Positions 19,667 through 28,354 of a stretch of DNA of 37,405 bases are shown here, in pieces. The position numbers and the translations under genes are program-made. Below the pieces are notes generated by a model. It had not been told where the DNA came from. It did not search any database and saw only the letters and a program-made list of their open reading frames with translations. Origin of the DNA: an uncultured bacterium (GTDB lineage: Bacteria; CAYJRR01). Location of the stretch: assembly GCA_964372275.1 (NCBI GenBank), contig CAYJRR010000033.1:1-37405 (forward strand), in the 5' to 3' direction. Numbering within the stretch: position 1 is the stretch's first letter; each line of letters opens with the position of its first letter.

Positions 19667-20388
19667 CCGGTATGCACCGCGGCGTCTCCGCAGGGATCGC
19701 CTTCCTTGCGCTCGCGGGATGTGCCGGCGGAGAGACCGTCCGCCGGCCGGCGCGGGAGCTGGGCGAGCGGCTGTTCTCTTCGCCGTCGCTCTCCGACTCG
19801 AGCTTCAACGATTTCGCCTGCGCCGACTGCCACGCCGTGCGCGCCGCCGACGACGCCGACCGGCGCTACGCCGGATTCCCGATGGAGGGGGTGACGGCGC
19901 GGCCGAGCTGGTGGAACGGCCAGTCGACGCAGCTCCTCGATGCGGTGAACTTCTGCCTCGTCTACTTCATGCGCGGGTCGGCGATCGTCCCCGGCGAGAT
20001 CGAGGGGGACGCGCTCTACGAGTTCCTCGCGTCGATCTCGACCGGGGAGCCGGAGCCGGGGATCCCGTTCACGCTCGTCACCACCGTGCAGGCGCTTCCC
20101 GCGGGGGATGCCGACTCCGGGCGGGAGGTGTACGACCTCGCGTGCCGCGCGTGTCACGGCGCCCGCGGAAGCGGGAAGGGGCGTCTCTCGAGCGCGGTGA
20201 CCGTGCTGGGGGAGGATCTTTCCGCCGAGTACGACGAGCTGTTTCCCGGCGTCGACCACGACCTGCTGGTGATCGAGAAGGTGCGTCACGGGCAGTTCTT
20301 CGGCGTCGGCGGGAACATGCCGCCGTTCGCGCGGGAGCGGCTCTCGGACGAGGATCTGTCCGACCTCGTCGCCTATCTGGACCTGTAG
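19663..20388 (+). CDS. Diheme c-type cytochrome lipoprotein, TsdA/SoxA-like
   Basis: Lipobox LAGC; CADCH and CRACH; LLDAVNFCLVYFMRG; GNMPPF. Confidence 0.85.
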   Translation: MTGMHRGVSAGIAFLALAGCAGGETVRRPARELGERLFSSPSLSDSSFNDFACADCHAVRAADDADRRYAGFPMEGVTARPSWWNGQSTQLLDAVNFCLVYFMRGSAIVPGEIEGDALYEFLASISTGEPEPGIPFTLVTTVQALPAGDADSGREVYDLACRACHGARGSGKGRLSSAVTVLGEDLSAEYDELFPGVDHDLLVIEKVRHGQFFGVGGNMPPFARERLSDEDLSDLVAYLDL

Positions 20389-21719
20389 CGCGGAGCGGGG
20401 GACGGTTCGCCTCCGCGGCGCCGGCGTCGTGCGGCGAGCGCGATCCCCGCGGCCGCCAGGCACACGACCGCCGCGGGCACGGTCGCGCCCGAGGCCGGCG
20501 GCACGGAGCAGCCACAGCCACCGCCGCCGCCGTCGCCGCCGTTCTCGTCCTCCGGGGTCGGCGTCGGCGTTTCGATCCCGAGCCGCTGCGCGAGCGCCGG
20601 CCAGAGCGGATCGCAGATCGTCTTCACCGACGAGCCGTCGGGGCACGGTCGCGGGCCCTGGAGCTGGTCGAACCGGAACAGGCCGGTGTAGGTCGAGCCT
20701 CCGTCGGTGGTGACCGCCAGCGCCGCGCCGAAGGTGAAGTTGTTGGTGGCGAGGAACAGGCCGCGCTCGTCGACCGCCATCCCGTTGGCCCGTGGCGCGC
20801 CGTCGACGGCGATGAAGGTGCGGCCGTCGGTCGACCGGTAGACGGCATCGGTGGTGGTGGAGACCCAGAGGCGGCCGGAGCCGTCGTGGACGGCGCCGCG
20901 GATGTCGCCGACCACCTGCAGCACCGACGCGAACGAGACCCCTCCGTTGGTGGTGAGCAGCAGGTGGTCGGTGGTGGCGTCGGTGCGGACGAACGCCGTC
21001 AGGCCGTCGGTCGGCGAGACGGCGACGACTTCGAGACTGGTCTGCGGGAGCCCCTCGAAGGTGAAGCTCCACGGGTGCTCCGTGAACGATCCGCCGCCGT
21101 CCGCGCTCCGGTAGATCCACGCCTGCGCGCTCGGCGTGTACCAGTTCGCCGCGGCCCAGACCACCAGCGGATCGGTCGGAGACCAGCGCACCGACCGGAA
21201 GTAACGGTCGGCCATGAACAGCGGGCTCGTCGACCAGGCGATCCCGCCGTCGGTCGAGACCCACAGACCGTTCATCTGCCCGGCGCCCGTCGAGCTGGCG
21301 GCGAGCAGGTGGTCGGGGTCGGCGGGATCGATCGCCAGGTCGCGGATCACCACCTCGCGCAGCGCGTAGGGGGCGTCCCAGGCGCAGCCGTCGGCCGACC
21401 GGAAGAACGACGCGTCGGGAACGTTCGCGACGCCGATCGCCTTCACCGTCGCGAAGAAGACGTCGTCGGCCGACCGGAAGTAGGCGGGGGTGAGGGTGGA
21501 GGTCGGCGAGAGCAGCGTTTCGTGGCAGATCCAGGTGAACGTCTCGCCGTCGGGGGCGTCGAGGAGCCCGAAGTTCGCTTCGATCCCCAGCGTCACGGGA
21601 TCGCCGGGGCGCAGCGCGACGCGCAGCGAATCGGGGATCGAGGCGCCGTTCCCCCATGCGGTCGCCGGAGCGACCAGGAGCGGCAGCAGCAGGCGGAGTC
21701 GGGCGGACACCGCGGCCAT
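20373..21719 (-). CDS. BNR/Asp-box repeat surface protein with MYXO-CTERM-type tail
   Basis: Signal peptide; repeats RSADGCAW, STDGGIAW, RSADGGGSF, TTNGGVSF, RSTDGRTF, TTDGGSTY; PTPTP linker, GGGGGCGCSV, hydrophobic helix, RRRRR. Confidence 0.85.
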   Translation of the reverse strand: MAAVSARLRLLLPLLVAPATAWGNGASIPDSLRVALRPGDPVTLGIEANFGLLDAPDGETFTWICHETLLSPTSTLTPAYFRSADDVFFATVKAIGVANVPDASFFRSADGCAWDAPYALREVVIRDLAIDPADPDHLLAASSTGAGQMNGLWVSTDGGIAWSTSPLFMADRYFRSVRWSPTDPLVVWAAANWYTPSAQAWIYRSADGGGSFTEHPWSFTFEGLPQTSLEVVAVSPTDGLTAFVRTDATTDHLLLTTNGGVSFASVLQVVGDIRGAVHDGSGRLWVSTTTDAVYRSTDGRTFIAVDGAPRANGMAVDERGLFLATNNFTFGAALAVTTDGGSTYTGLFRFDQLQGPRPCPDGSSVKTICDPLWPALAQRLGIETPTPTPEDENGGDGGGGGCGCSVPPASGATVPAAVVCLAAAGIALAARRRRRGGEPSPAPRYRSR

Positions 21720-21738
21720 GATAACGCGCGCGCCGGAT

Positions 21739-23052
21739 TCACGGCATCCGCGCGTGGGCGACCCGCACGTCGGCGTCGCCGTCGGTCGTGTCGCTCCAGG
21801 CGATCCAGGCCTCCCCGTTCGCGACGGCGATGGAGAGGAAATCGCCGACGTTCGCCGTCAGGCTCGCCTCTGCGAAGCGGAACGATTGCGTGGAGACTTG
21901 CACGGCGCGGCCGATCGCCCTCCCCGGACCCAGGACGCGGGTCCACGCCCGCCATCGGTGGCCGCTCGAGCCGACCTCCGCCGAGCGGTCCGGCCCCTCC
22001 TCCAGCCATGCGGCGAGAAACCGATCCCCCCCGACCGGCTCGAGGGCCGCCATCCCGGAGCGGGATCCGTTCGCGTTGCGAAGGGGACCGACGCTCCGGA
22101 ACGGGGCCGCCCCCCGCGCGCGGCGTTCGAGTCGGTAGTCGGTGCGCCGCCCGTCCGCGTCGAGAACCGGCACCGCGCGCCAAGCCGCTTCGTCGTCGGC
22201 GACGGCCAGTACCGCGAGCGAGTAGTCGAGGAGCGCGGCCGCGCGGGGGAAGGCGATCCGGTCGAGGGCGGCGAACGTGCGCCCGTCTCCGGACGCGCGG
22301 CGATGCTCGACCGTCACCCTTCCCGGAGTCGACTCCGCCCGGTCGAGCAGCAGCGCCTCGAGCCCCTGCCGCCCCGGCCGCAGCGGATGGATCGACGCGC
22401 GCCCGTCGATCGACGCGCGACGCTCGAACCGTCCGTCCTCCTCCCGCCGTGCGGTCACCCAGCGCGATCGCCCGTCGGCGTCGACCTCGGACCAGGAGAG
22501 GAACAACCCCGAATCGGCCCGCGCGAGCCACGGGCGGTCGCAACGAACCGGTTCCGCCGAGACGATCGCCGACGGCGGGGACCAGGTCGCGCCGAAGTCG
22601 TCGCTCGACCGCGCGAACAGATCGCAGGCGCGGCCGTCCGGCGCGCCGGGATCGAGCCGGCAGGCGATCCACGCCAGATGAAGGCGCCCGCGCTCGTCCC
22701 GCGCGAGCGTCGGGTCGGCCTGCCCGAGTGGATGTTCGGGATCGGGATCGAGCGCCGGCACGCTCGCGGAGAACGTCGCGCCCCCGTCGGTCGATCGCGC
22801 GACACGCACCGCCGGCCGGACCGCGCTCGCGCCTCCGCCGATCCCCCCCGGCCCTGGGCGCGGCGTCCAGTCGATCCAGGCGACGGCGACCCCGCCCGAA
22901 CCGTCGACGGCGATCGCCGGCTCACCTTGCGCGTATCCGCCGTCGACGTCGTTGACCTGCACCGCCTCCGAGAGCACCACCGCCGTCCCCTTCGACGCGC
23001 AGCCGGAAAGGACGAGGGCCGCGAGGAAGGCCCCGGCGCGCGTCGGGATCAC
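21739..23052 (-). CDS. Sialidase-like (BNR/Asp-box) lipoprotein
   Basis: Lipobox LSGC; QGEPAIAVD, RSTDGGATFS, QADPTL, SSDDFGATWS, CDRPWL, GDFLSI, AWSDT. Confidence 0.8.
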   Translation of the reverse strand: MIPTRAGAFLAALVLSGCASKGTAVVLSEAVQVNDVDGGYAQGEPAIAVDGSGGVAVAWIDWTPRPGPGGIGGGASAVRPAVRVARSTDGGATFSASVPALDPDPEHPLGQADPTLARDERGRLHLAWIACRLDPGAPDGRACDLFARSSDDFGATWSPPSAIVSAEPVRCDRPWLARADSGLFLSWSEVDADGRSRWVTARREEDGRFERRASIDGRASIHPLRPGRQGLEALLLDRAESTPGRVTVEHRRASGDGRTFAALDRIAFPRAAALLDYSLAVLAVADDEAAWRAVPVLDADGRRTDYRLERRARGAAPFRSVGPLRNANGSRSGMAALEPVGGDRFLAAWLEEGPDRSAEVGSSGHRWRAWTRVLGPGRAIGRAVQVSTQSFRFAEASLTANVGDFLSIAVANGEAWIAWSDTTDGDADVRVAHARMP

Positions 23053-24245
23053 GCCGCCTCCACCAGGACCGACTTCAGGTAGAGCGACTCCGGGATCTGC
23101 ACGATCCAGGGATGGTCCGGCGGTTGGAACGTCTCGGCCAGCACCCGCAGCCGCCGGCCGGTCTCTCCGCCGGCGATGCGAAGCGTCTCCTCCAGCAACG
23201 ACGCCGTGAGGTGGTAGGCGCAGGAGGAGACGAACAGCGTTCCGCCGGGGACGAGCAGGCGCAGCGCGGCGGTGGAGAGGGTGACGAAGGCCCAGCGCGC
23301 CGTCGGGAGCTCCTCGCGGCGCTTGGCGATCGCCGGAGGGTCGAGGATCACCCGATCGAAGCGCGCCCCGGAGGCGGCGAGGCTAGGCATCTCCTCGAAT
23401 GCGTCGGCGGTGCGGACCTCGATCCGGGTCGCGACGCCGTTCCTCTCGGCGTGGGCGCGCGCGGCGGCGGCGGCGGCCGGGTCCTTCTCCACCGCCACGC
23501 ACTGCGCGCCGGCCAGCGCGAGGCGGGTGGAGATGCTGCCGGTCGAGGCGAAGGCGTCGAGCACGCGCTCGCCGGCCGAAACTCCGCGGCAAAGCATCGC
23601 GCGGTTGTCGCGTTGGTCGAGGTAGAAGCCGGTCTTGTGCCCGCCGGCCACCTGCGCGACGAAGCGCGCGCCCCCCTCCCGGAACTCGACCTCCGCCGGC
23701 GTCTGGCCGGCCAGCGGTCCGACGCGGACTTCGAGCCCCTCCTCGGTCCGCGCCGGCATGTCGCTCCGCTCGTAGATCCCCTTGGGGGAGACGACGCGCT
23801 CGAGCGCCTGCGTGATCAACGGCCGGAAGGCGTCGGCCCCGGCGTACCGGAGTTGCGCCACCAGGTGTCCCGCGTAGGCGTCGACGACGATTCCGGGCAG
23901 GTCGTCCGCCTCGGCGTGGACCAGGCGGACGCCCTCTTCCCCGGGGAGGTGGCGATCGCGAAGCCTCATCGCGGCGTCGATCCGGCGCACGAAGAAGTCG
24001 AGGTCGACGTCCTCCGCGAGGTCGCGGGTCAGGACGCGCATCGCGACGCGCGAGCCCGGCGTGAACCACCCCTTGGCGACCGACCCTCCGCCGGCGTCGC
24101 GCGCCACCACGATCCCGCCGGTCTTCCCCATGCGCTCGACGTTCCGGTCGACGCGCGCAACTTCGTCGCGATAGATCCACGGGGCGAAGTTGCGGACCTT
24201 CTTCTCCTTGCCCGGCTTGAGCACGATCTCGGGGAAGGTGGTCAC
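23049..24245 (-). CDS. rlmI: RlmI-family SAM-dependent rRNA methyltransferase (PUA + MTase)
   Basis: PWIYRDEV, RLVHAEADDLPGIVVD, GHKTGFYLDQRDNR, VLDAF, ILDPPAIAK, SSCA, QPPDHP, YLK. Confidence 0.88.
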   Translation of the reverse strand: MTTFPEIVLKPGKEKKVRNFAPWIYRDEVARVDRNVERMGKTGGIVVARDAGGGSVAKGWFTPGSRVAMRVLTRDLAEDVDLDFFVRRIDAAMRLRDRHLPGEEGVRLVHAEADDLPGIVVDAYAGHLVAQLRYAGADAFRPLITQALERVVSPKGIYERSDMPARTEEGLEVRVGPLAGQTPAEVEFREGGARFVAQVAGGHKTGFYLDQRDNRAMLCRGVSAGERVLDAFASTGSISTRLALAGAQCVAVEKDPAAAAAARAHAERNGVATRIEVRTADAFEEMPSLAASGARFDRVILDPPAIAKRREELPTARWAFVTLSTAALRLLVPGGTLFVSSCAYHLTASLLEETLRIAGGETGRRLRVLAETFQPPDHPWIVQIPESLYLKSVLVEAA

Positions 24246-24277
24246 GCCCGCCCTATAACACGTAAAGTCACGGGGAA

Positions 24278-25339
24278 ATGTCCGCGCGTTCGCGCTCCCG
24301 GGGGGACTCCCCCCGATCCCCCCCTGCGACGCACCTTCTCGCGGGCGATGTCGGCGGGACCAAGGCCGACCTCGCGCTCTACGAGCTCGTCGAACCCGCT
24401 CGACCGGGGCTGGCGGGCCTTCGGCTGGTCGCCGAGCGGACCTTGCCGAGCCGCGACTACGGCGGACTCGCTCCGTTGATCGCCGACTTCCTGGGACCTG
24501 GATCTCCCCCCATCTCGGCCGCCGCCTTCGGGATCCCGGGGCCGGTGGTCGACGACGTGGTGGTGACGACGAACCTCCCCTGGCGGATCGCGGCCTCGGA
24601 GCTGGCCGGCGCGATCGGGTGTCCGCGCGTCGCGCTGCTGAACGACCTGGAGACGACCGCCTGGGGGGCCCTCGCGCTCCCGCCGTCGGCGATCCACGTC
24701 CTCCATGATGGGGTGGCGCGTCCCGGGAACGTGGCGGTGATCGCCGCCGGAACCGGACTCGGCCAAGCGTTCCTCTTCTGGGACGGCGCCCGCTTCCGTG
24801 CCGCGGCGACCGAAGGGGGACACGTCGACTTCGCGCCGCGCGACGAGCTGGAGATCGGGCTTCTGTCGTTTCTGCGGCAGAAGTTCGGGCGCGTCTCGTA
24901 CGAACGGGTCGTCTCCGGTCCGGGGCTGGCGAACCTCTTCGACTACTTCGACGTCGGGCTTCACCGGCCGGTGGCGCCGGCGGTGCGCGCGCGGATCGCG
25001 CGAGGCGAGGACGTGGCGACGGTGGTCGGCGAGGCCGGCGTCGACGGGAGCTGCGCCACCTGCGCCGAGGTGCTCGAACGGTTCGTCAGCCTCTACGGCG
25101 CGCAGGCGGGGAACCTGGCGTTGACGGTGATGGCGGTGGGTGGGGTCTGGATCGGCGGCGGGATCGTGACCAAGATCCTGCCGCGCATGACGGCCGGTGG
25201 GTTCCTGCGGTCGTTCCGGTCGAAGGGGCGCTACGAGGCGTTCATGGAACGGATCCCGGTGAAGATCCTCCTCGAGCCGAAGACCTCCCGCCTCGGCGCC
25301 GCGCTCGCCGCGCGACGGCGGATGCAGGAAGGGACATGA
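24278..25339 (+). CDS. glk: Glucokinase
   Basis: LAGDVGGTK, TNLPW, LLNDLE, AAGTGLG, TEGGHVDFAP, SYERVVSGPGL, GGVWIGGGI, FRSKGR. Confidence 0.95.
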   Translation: MSARSRSRGDSPRSPPATHLLAGDVGGTKADLALYELVEPARPGLAGLRLVAERTLPSRDYGGLAPLIADFLGPGSPPISAAAFGIPGPVVDDVVVTTNLPWRIAASELAGAIGCPRVALLNDLETTAWGALALPPSAIHVLHDGVARPGNVAVIAAGTGLGQAFLFWDGARFRAAATEGGHVDFAPRDELEIGLLSFLRQKFGRVSYERVVSGPGLANLFDYFDVGLHRPVAPAVRARIARGEDVATVVGEAGVDGSCATCAEVLERFVSLYGAQAGNLALTVMAVGGVWIGGGIVTKILPRMTAGGFLRSFRSKGRYEAFMERIPVKILLEPKTSRLGAALAARRRMQEGT

Positions 25340-25361
25340 GCGCTTTGCCGGTGTCGAGACA

Positions 25362-26039
25362 ATGAGCGCCGTCGACGAAACCCCCACGCCGATCCGGCGG
25401 ATGGCACCCGGGCTTTTCCTCGGTGCGCTCGCGGCGGCCGCGGCCGCGGTCGTTTCGGCGCGGATCGGTGCGAGATTTCTGGGCGATGCGCGGGGCGAGG
25501 CCGTGGGCGTCGCAGCCGACCGTCTTGCCACCGACGTTGCGTCCGGCTCCTACGTGACCTTCGAGGCGCGACTCGATCCGGGACGCGTCGGTTATCTGCA
25601 ATCGGCAGGCGGCAAGATGGGCTACCTGTTGACGTCGCAGGCGGGTCCAGAGGTCGTCCTCTTCTGCGCTCCGCATTCGGAGTGCAGCCGCTACGTCGGG
25701 ACCCATGGACCGCTTCCCGGCAAGGAGCGGCCGCAAAGCGCGAGCTTCGGACAACCGGTCGTGCTTTCGGGTCGGCTGTTCGACGAATCGGCGGTGGCCT
25801 CTCGGCGGGACGTATCGATCGCCGACATCCGTCGGTACGCCGCGGCGGGGCGGGACGGCGGTCGCCCGGCCACGTCATCCGGTGCCGCTCGCTCCTCTCC
25901 GCCGGACGCACTCCGTGTCGTGTGGCTCGACGTCACGCCGGCCTCCGAGCGCGTCCGCGCCTGGATCGCGCTCGGCGCGTCGCTCCTCCTCGGCATCTCC
26001 GCCGCCGGGACGGGCGCGGCCGTTTTCCGGCGTCGGTAG
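25362..26039 (+). CDS. Hypothetical membrane protein (N- and C-terminal TM helices)
   Basis: Two hydrophobic segments flanking a soluble domain; follows glk on the same strand. Confidence 0.6.
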   Translation: MSAVDETPTPIRRMAPGLFLGALAAAAAAVVSARIGARFLGDARGEAVGVAADRLATDVASGSYVTFEARLDPGRVGYLQSAGGKMGYLLTSQAGPEVVLFCAPHSECSRYVGTHGPLPGKERPQSASFGQPVVLSGRLFDESAVASRRDVSIADIRRYAAAGRDGGRPATSSGAARSSPPDALRVVWLDVTPASERVRAWIALGASLLLGISAAGTGAAVFRRR

Positions 26040-26085
26040 CGTCCAGGCGAGACGTCCGTGCGCCACGTCGCTCGCGTGCCGACGC

Positions 26086-26700
26086 CTATCGCGCCCGGCC
26101 CACGCCCCTCGTCGAGCCGACCGGCGTCGAATCCGCTGGCTGCGGCGAACGCGTCGAGCCGAAACGCGGCGCGTTGCTGCCGGCGGCCGACCCCGCGGTT
26201 CCGGAGTGGATCGCCAATTGGCGTTCGATTGCTTCGGCCCGTCGGAGCGCTTCGCGGCGATCACGTTCGAGCGAGTCCCGTCGGGCGCGGAGCGCGTCCA
26301 TCGGCGTCGGAAGGCTATGACGATAGGATCCGTACGCGTTCAGGGCGAAGCTTGCGACGAAGATCGCCACCGCGGCCGGAGTGTTTACGAACGTCGCTCC
26401 GCCCGCAATCATCATGCCGAAAAGTCCGGCCTCCACCAGGCGATTTGCGGCGGCTTCCTGAGCCTTCGACGCTTCACGGGCGCCGTCGACGCGAAGGAGG
26501 AGGTCCTGTGATTCGCTCTCCGCTCGACGAGCCCGTTCGCGCTCCGTACTCGCCTGCCGGCGCAACGCCTCGATGGCGGGGCTCGCGATGGGAGAATCCA
26601 CCACGATCGGACCGGCGGGTTGCTCGGCACGAGCGGCGGTCGCCGCGAGGATCGAAAGCATCGAAAGTACGGCAAGCGCGCGACTGACGTTGGATGCCAT
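26086..26700 (-). CDS. Secreted coiled-coil / hydrophobic-hairpin protein
   Basis: RBS GGAGGA, signal peptide ending ARA-E; charged helix, two hydrophobic helices, second charged helix, S/T/G-rich tail. Confidence 0.75.
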   Translation of the reverse strand: MASNVSRALAVLSMLSILAATAARAEQPAGPIVVDSPIASPAIEALRRQASTERERARRAESESQDLLLRVDGAREASKAQEAAANRLVEAGLFGMMIAGGATFVNTPAAVAIFVASFALNAYGSYRHSLPTPMDALRARRDSLERDRREALRRAEAIERQLAIHSGTAGSAAGSNAPRFGSTRSPQPADSTPVGSTRGVGRAR

Positions 26701-26739
26701 TGAGTTCCTCCGTCCCGGATTGGAGTCGAGTCGAAGGAT

Positions 26740-26755
26740 TTCAAGGAACGTGCCG
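26740..26755 (-). promoter_or_regulatory. Candidate sigma54 promoter
   Basis: CGGCACGTTCCTTGAA (near-consensus -24 box, TTGAA variant -12), about 40 nt upstream of ATG 26700. Confidence 0.6.
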
Positions 26756-26840
26756 TCGAATTCCAGGCGCGATTCCAGCAGAAAAGCGAGCGAGCCACGA
26801 TCACGTCTCGGTACACGACATGGGTTTCGGAGTCGCCGCC

Positions 26841-26858
26841 TGCAGGGAGTTCCCGACA
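26841..26858. promoter_or_regulatory. Candidate enhancer (UAS) palindrome
   Basis: TGCAGGGAGTTCCCGACA, matching TGTCGGGA-N2-TCCCGACA also seen at 28221. Confidence 0.45.
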
Positions 26859-26931
26859 ACGAAAAAGGGCGGGAAGAGCGACGTGCGTGGGTCGATGCGC
26901 GATCCCCGTCGTCCACGCTAGGATGGAGTTC

Positions 26932-28182
26932 ATGCGGCCATCCTTGATGACATGGACCATCCTCGCGCCGTGGATCGTCGCTTCGTCGGTCTTGGTCGGC
27001 GCCTGCACGCGAAAGGAATCGGTCCCGCTCGCCCCAAAATACTACGAAGACGTGGCGCCGATTCTCCAGGAACGTTGTGTCTCGTGCCATGTCGCCGGTG
27101 GCATCGCCCCCTTTCCGCTCACCAGCTACGAAGCCGCGGCGGCGGTCGCATCGTCGATCAAGGCGACGACGGCCGCCCGGACGATGCCTCCCTGGGGCGT
27201 GGACAACTCGGGTAGTTGCCACACCTATGCGGATGCCCGGTGGCTCTCGGACGAAGAGATCGATACGTTGCGTGGATGGGCGGATGGAGGTGCGCCCGAG
27301 GGAAACCCGGAGGCGGCGCCGACGCCGACGTCGACGACGCCGGGACTTCAACGCGTCGACGCGACGGTCGACATGGGCTCGAGCTACACGCCGAACGCGA
27401 CCTACAGCGACGACTATCGTTGTTTCGTCGTCGACTCCGTGACGACGACGGATGCCTACCTGACGGCGTTCGAAGTTCGTCCCGGGGAGCCGAAGGTGGT
27501 GCATCACATCATCCTCTACGGCCTGACGGCGGAGGGAGAGACGGCGGCCGTGCAGAACGACGTGAACGATCCGGGCCTCGGCTACGAGTGTTTCGGCGGG
27601 CCCGGAAGTGCCGGTGCGTACTGGCTCGGCGCCTGGGCGCCGGGGATCCGGGTGGTCGAGTACCCTGCCAACACCGGCATTCTGGTTTCCGGCAACCGGA
27701 AGATGGTGATGCAGATCCACTACAACCTCGCCAACGGGGCGCTACCGGACCGGACCCGCATCGACCTGATGGGAGAGGCGACGGTTGCGAAGCCGTCCTC
27801 GCTCGCCGTGATCTCCGATTTCAATCTGGCTCTCTCTCCCGGGCAGTCGAACGCGACGCACACCTTTTCCTATCCGCTCGACTTCATGACCGGGCCCGCG
27901 GTGGTCTACGCCGTCTTCCCGCACATGCACCTGCTGGGGAAGTCGAGCCTTCTCGAGATCATCCGCTCGGATGACACGATCGAGTGCGTCCAGGACGGCT
28001 ACCGCTGGGACTTCGCGTGGCAGCAGCTGTACTTCTACGAGAGCCCGATCATCGCGCAGCCCAGCGATGTCCTTCGCATGACCTGCCATTACGACACCAC
28101 CTCCCGAACCGAGGTCACGACGTTCGGCGAGGGCTCGGAGGACGAGATGTGCGCGTCGATCATCTACAGCAGCGCTCCGTAG
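26932..28182 (+). CDS. Copper type II (PHM/DBH-like) monooxygenase-family lipoprotein with N-terminal c-type heme motif
   Basis: Lipobox VGAC; CVSCH, RTMPPW; CuH-type VVHHII and QIHY; CuM-type FPHMH and DEMC. Confidence 0.85.
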   Translation: MRPSLMTWTILAPWIVASSVLVGACTRKESVPLAPKYYEDVAPILQERCVSCHVAGGIAPFPLTSYEAAAAVASSIKATTAARTMPPWGVDNSGSCHTYADARWLSDEEIDTLRGWADGGAPEGNPEAAPTPTSTTPGLQRVDATVDMGSSYTPNATYSDDYRCFVVDSVTTTDAYLTAFEVRPGEPKVVHHIILYGLTAEGETAAVQNDVNDPGLGYECFGGPGSAGAYWLGAWAPGIRVVEYPANTGILVSGNRKMVMQIHYNLANGALPDRTRIDLMGEATVAKPSSLAVISDFNLALSPGQSNATHTFSYPLDFMTGPAVVYAVFPHMHLLGKSSLLEIIRSDDTIECVQDGYRWDFAWQQLYFYESPIIAQPSDVLRMTCHYDTTSRTEVTTFGEGSEDEMCASIIYSSAP

Positions 28183-28220
28183 GGACCGAAGCCCTCCCGG
28201 GGTCCCATCGCGCCGTCGAT

Positions 28221-28238
28221 TGTCGGGAGATCCCCACA
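28221..28238. promoter_or_regulatory. Candidate enhancer (UAS) palindrome
   Basis: TGTCGGGAGATCCCCACA, one mismatch from a perfect TGTCGGGA-N2-TCCCGACA palindrome. Confidence 0.5.
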
Positions 28239-28301
28239 CCGCGCTTCGGACGGATCGCAGCCGATTCATAGCCGATACGGTTCGTTACGGCCGACCGATC
28301 A

Positions 28302-28317
28302 TGGCCACCCGGTTGCA
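28302..28317 (+). promoter_or_regulatory. Candidate sigma54 promoter
   Basis: TGGCCACCCGGTTGCA: TGGC..GG-N10-GC..TTGCA, 38 nt before ATG 28355. Confidence 0.6.
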
Positions 28318-28354
28318 ACGACTCCTCCCGAACCTGCCGCCTGGAGGATTCATC

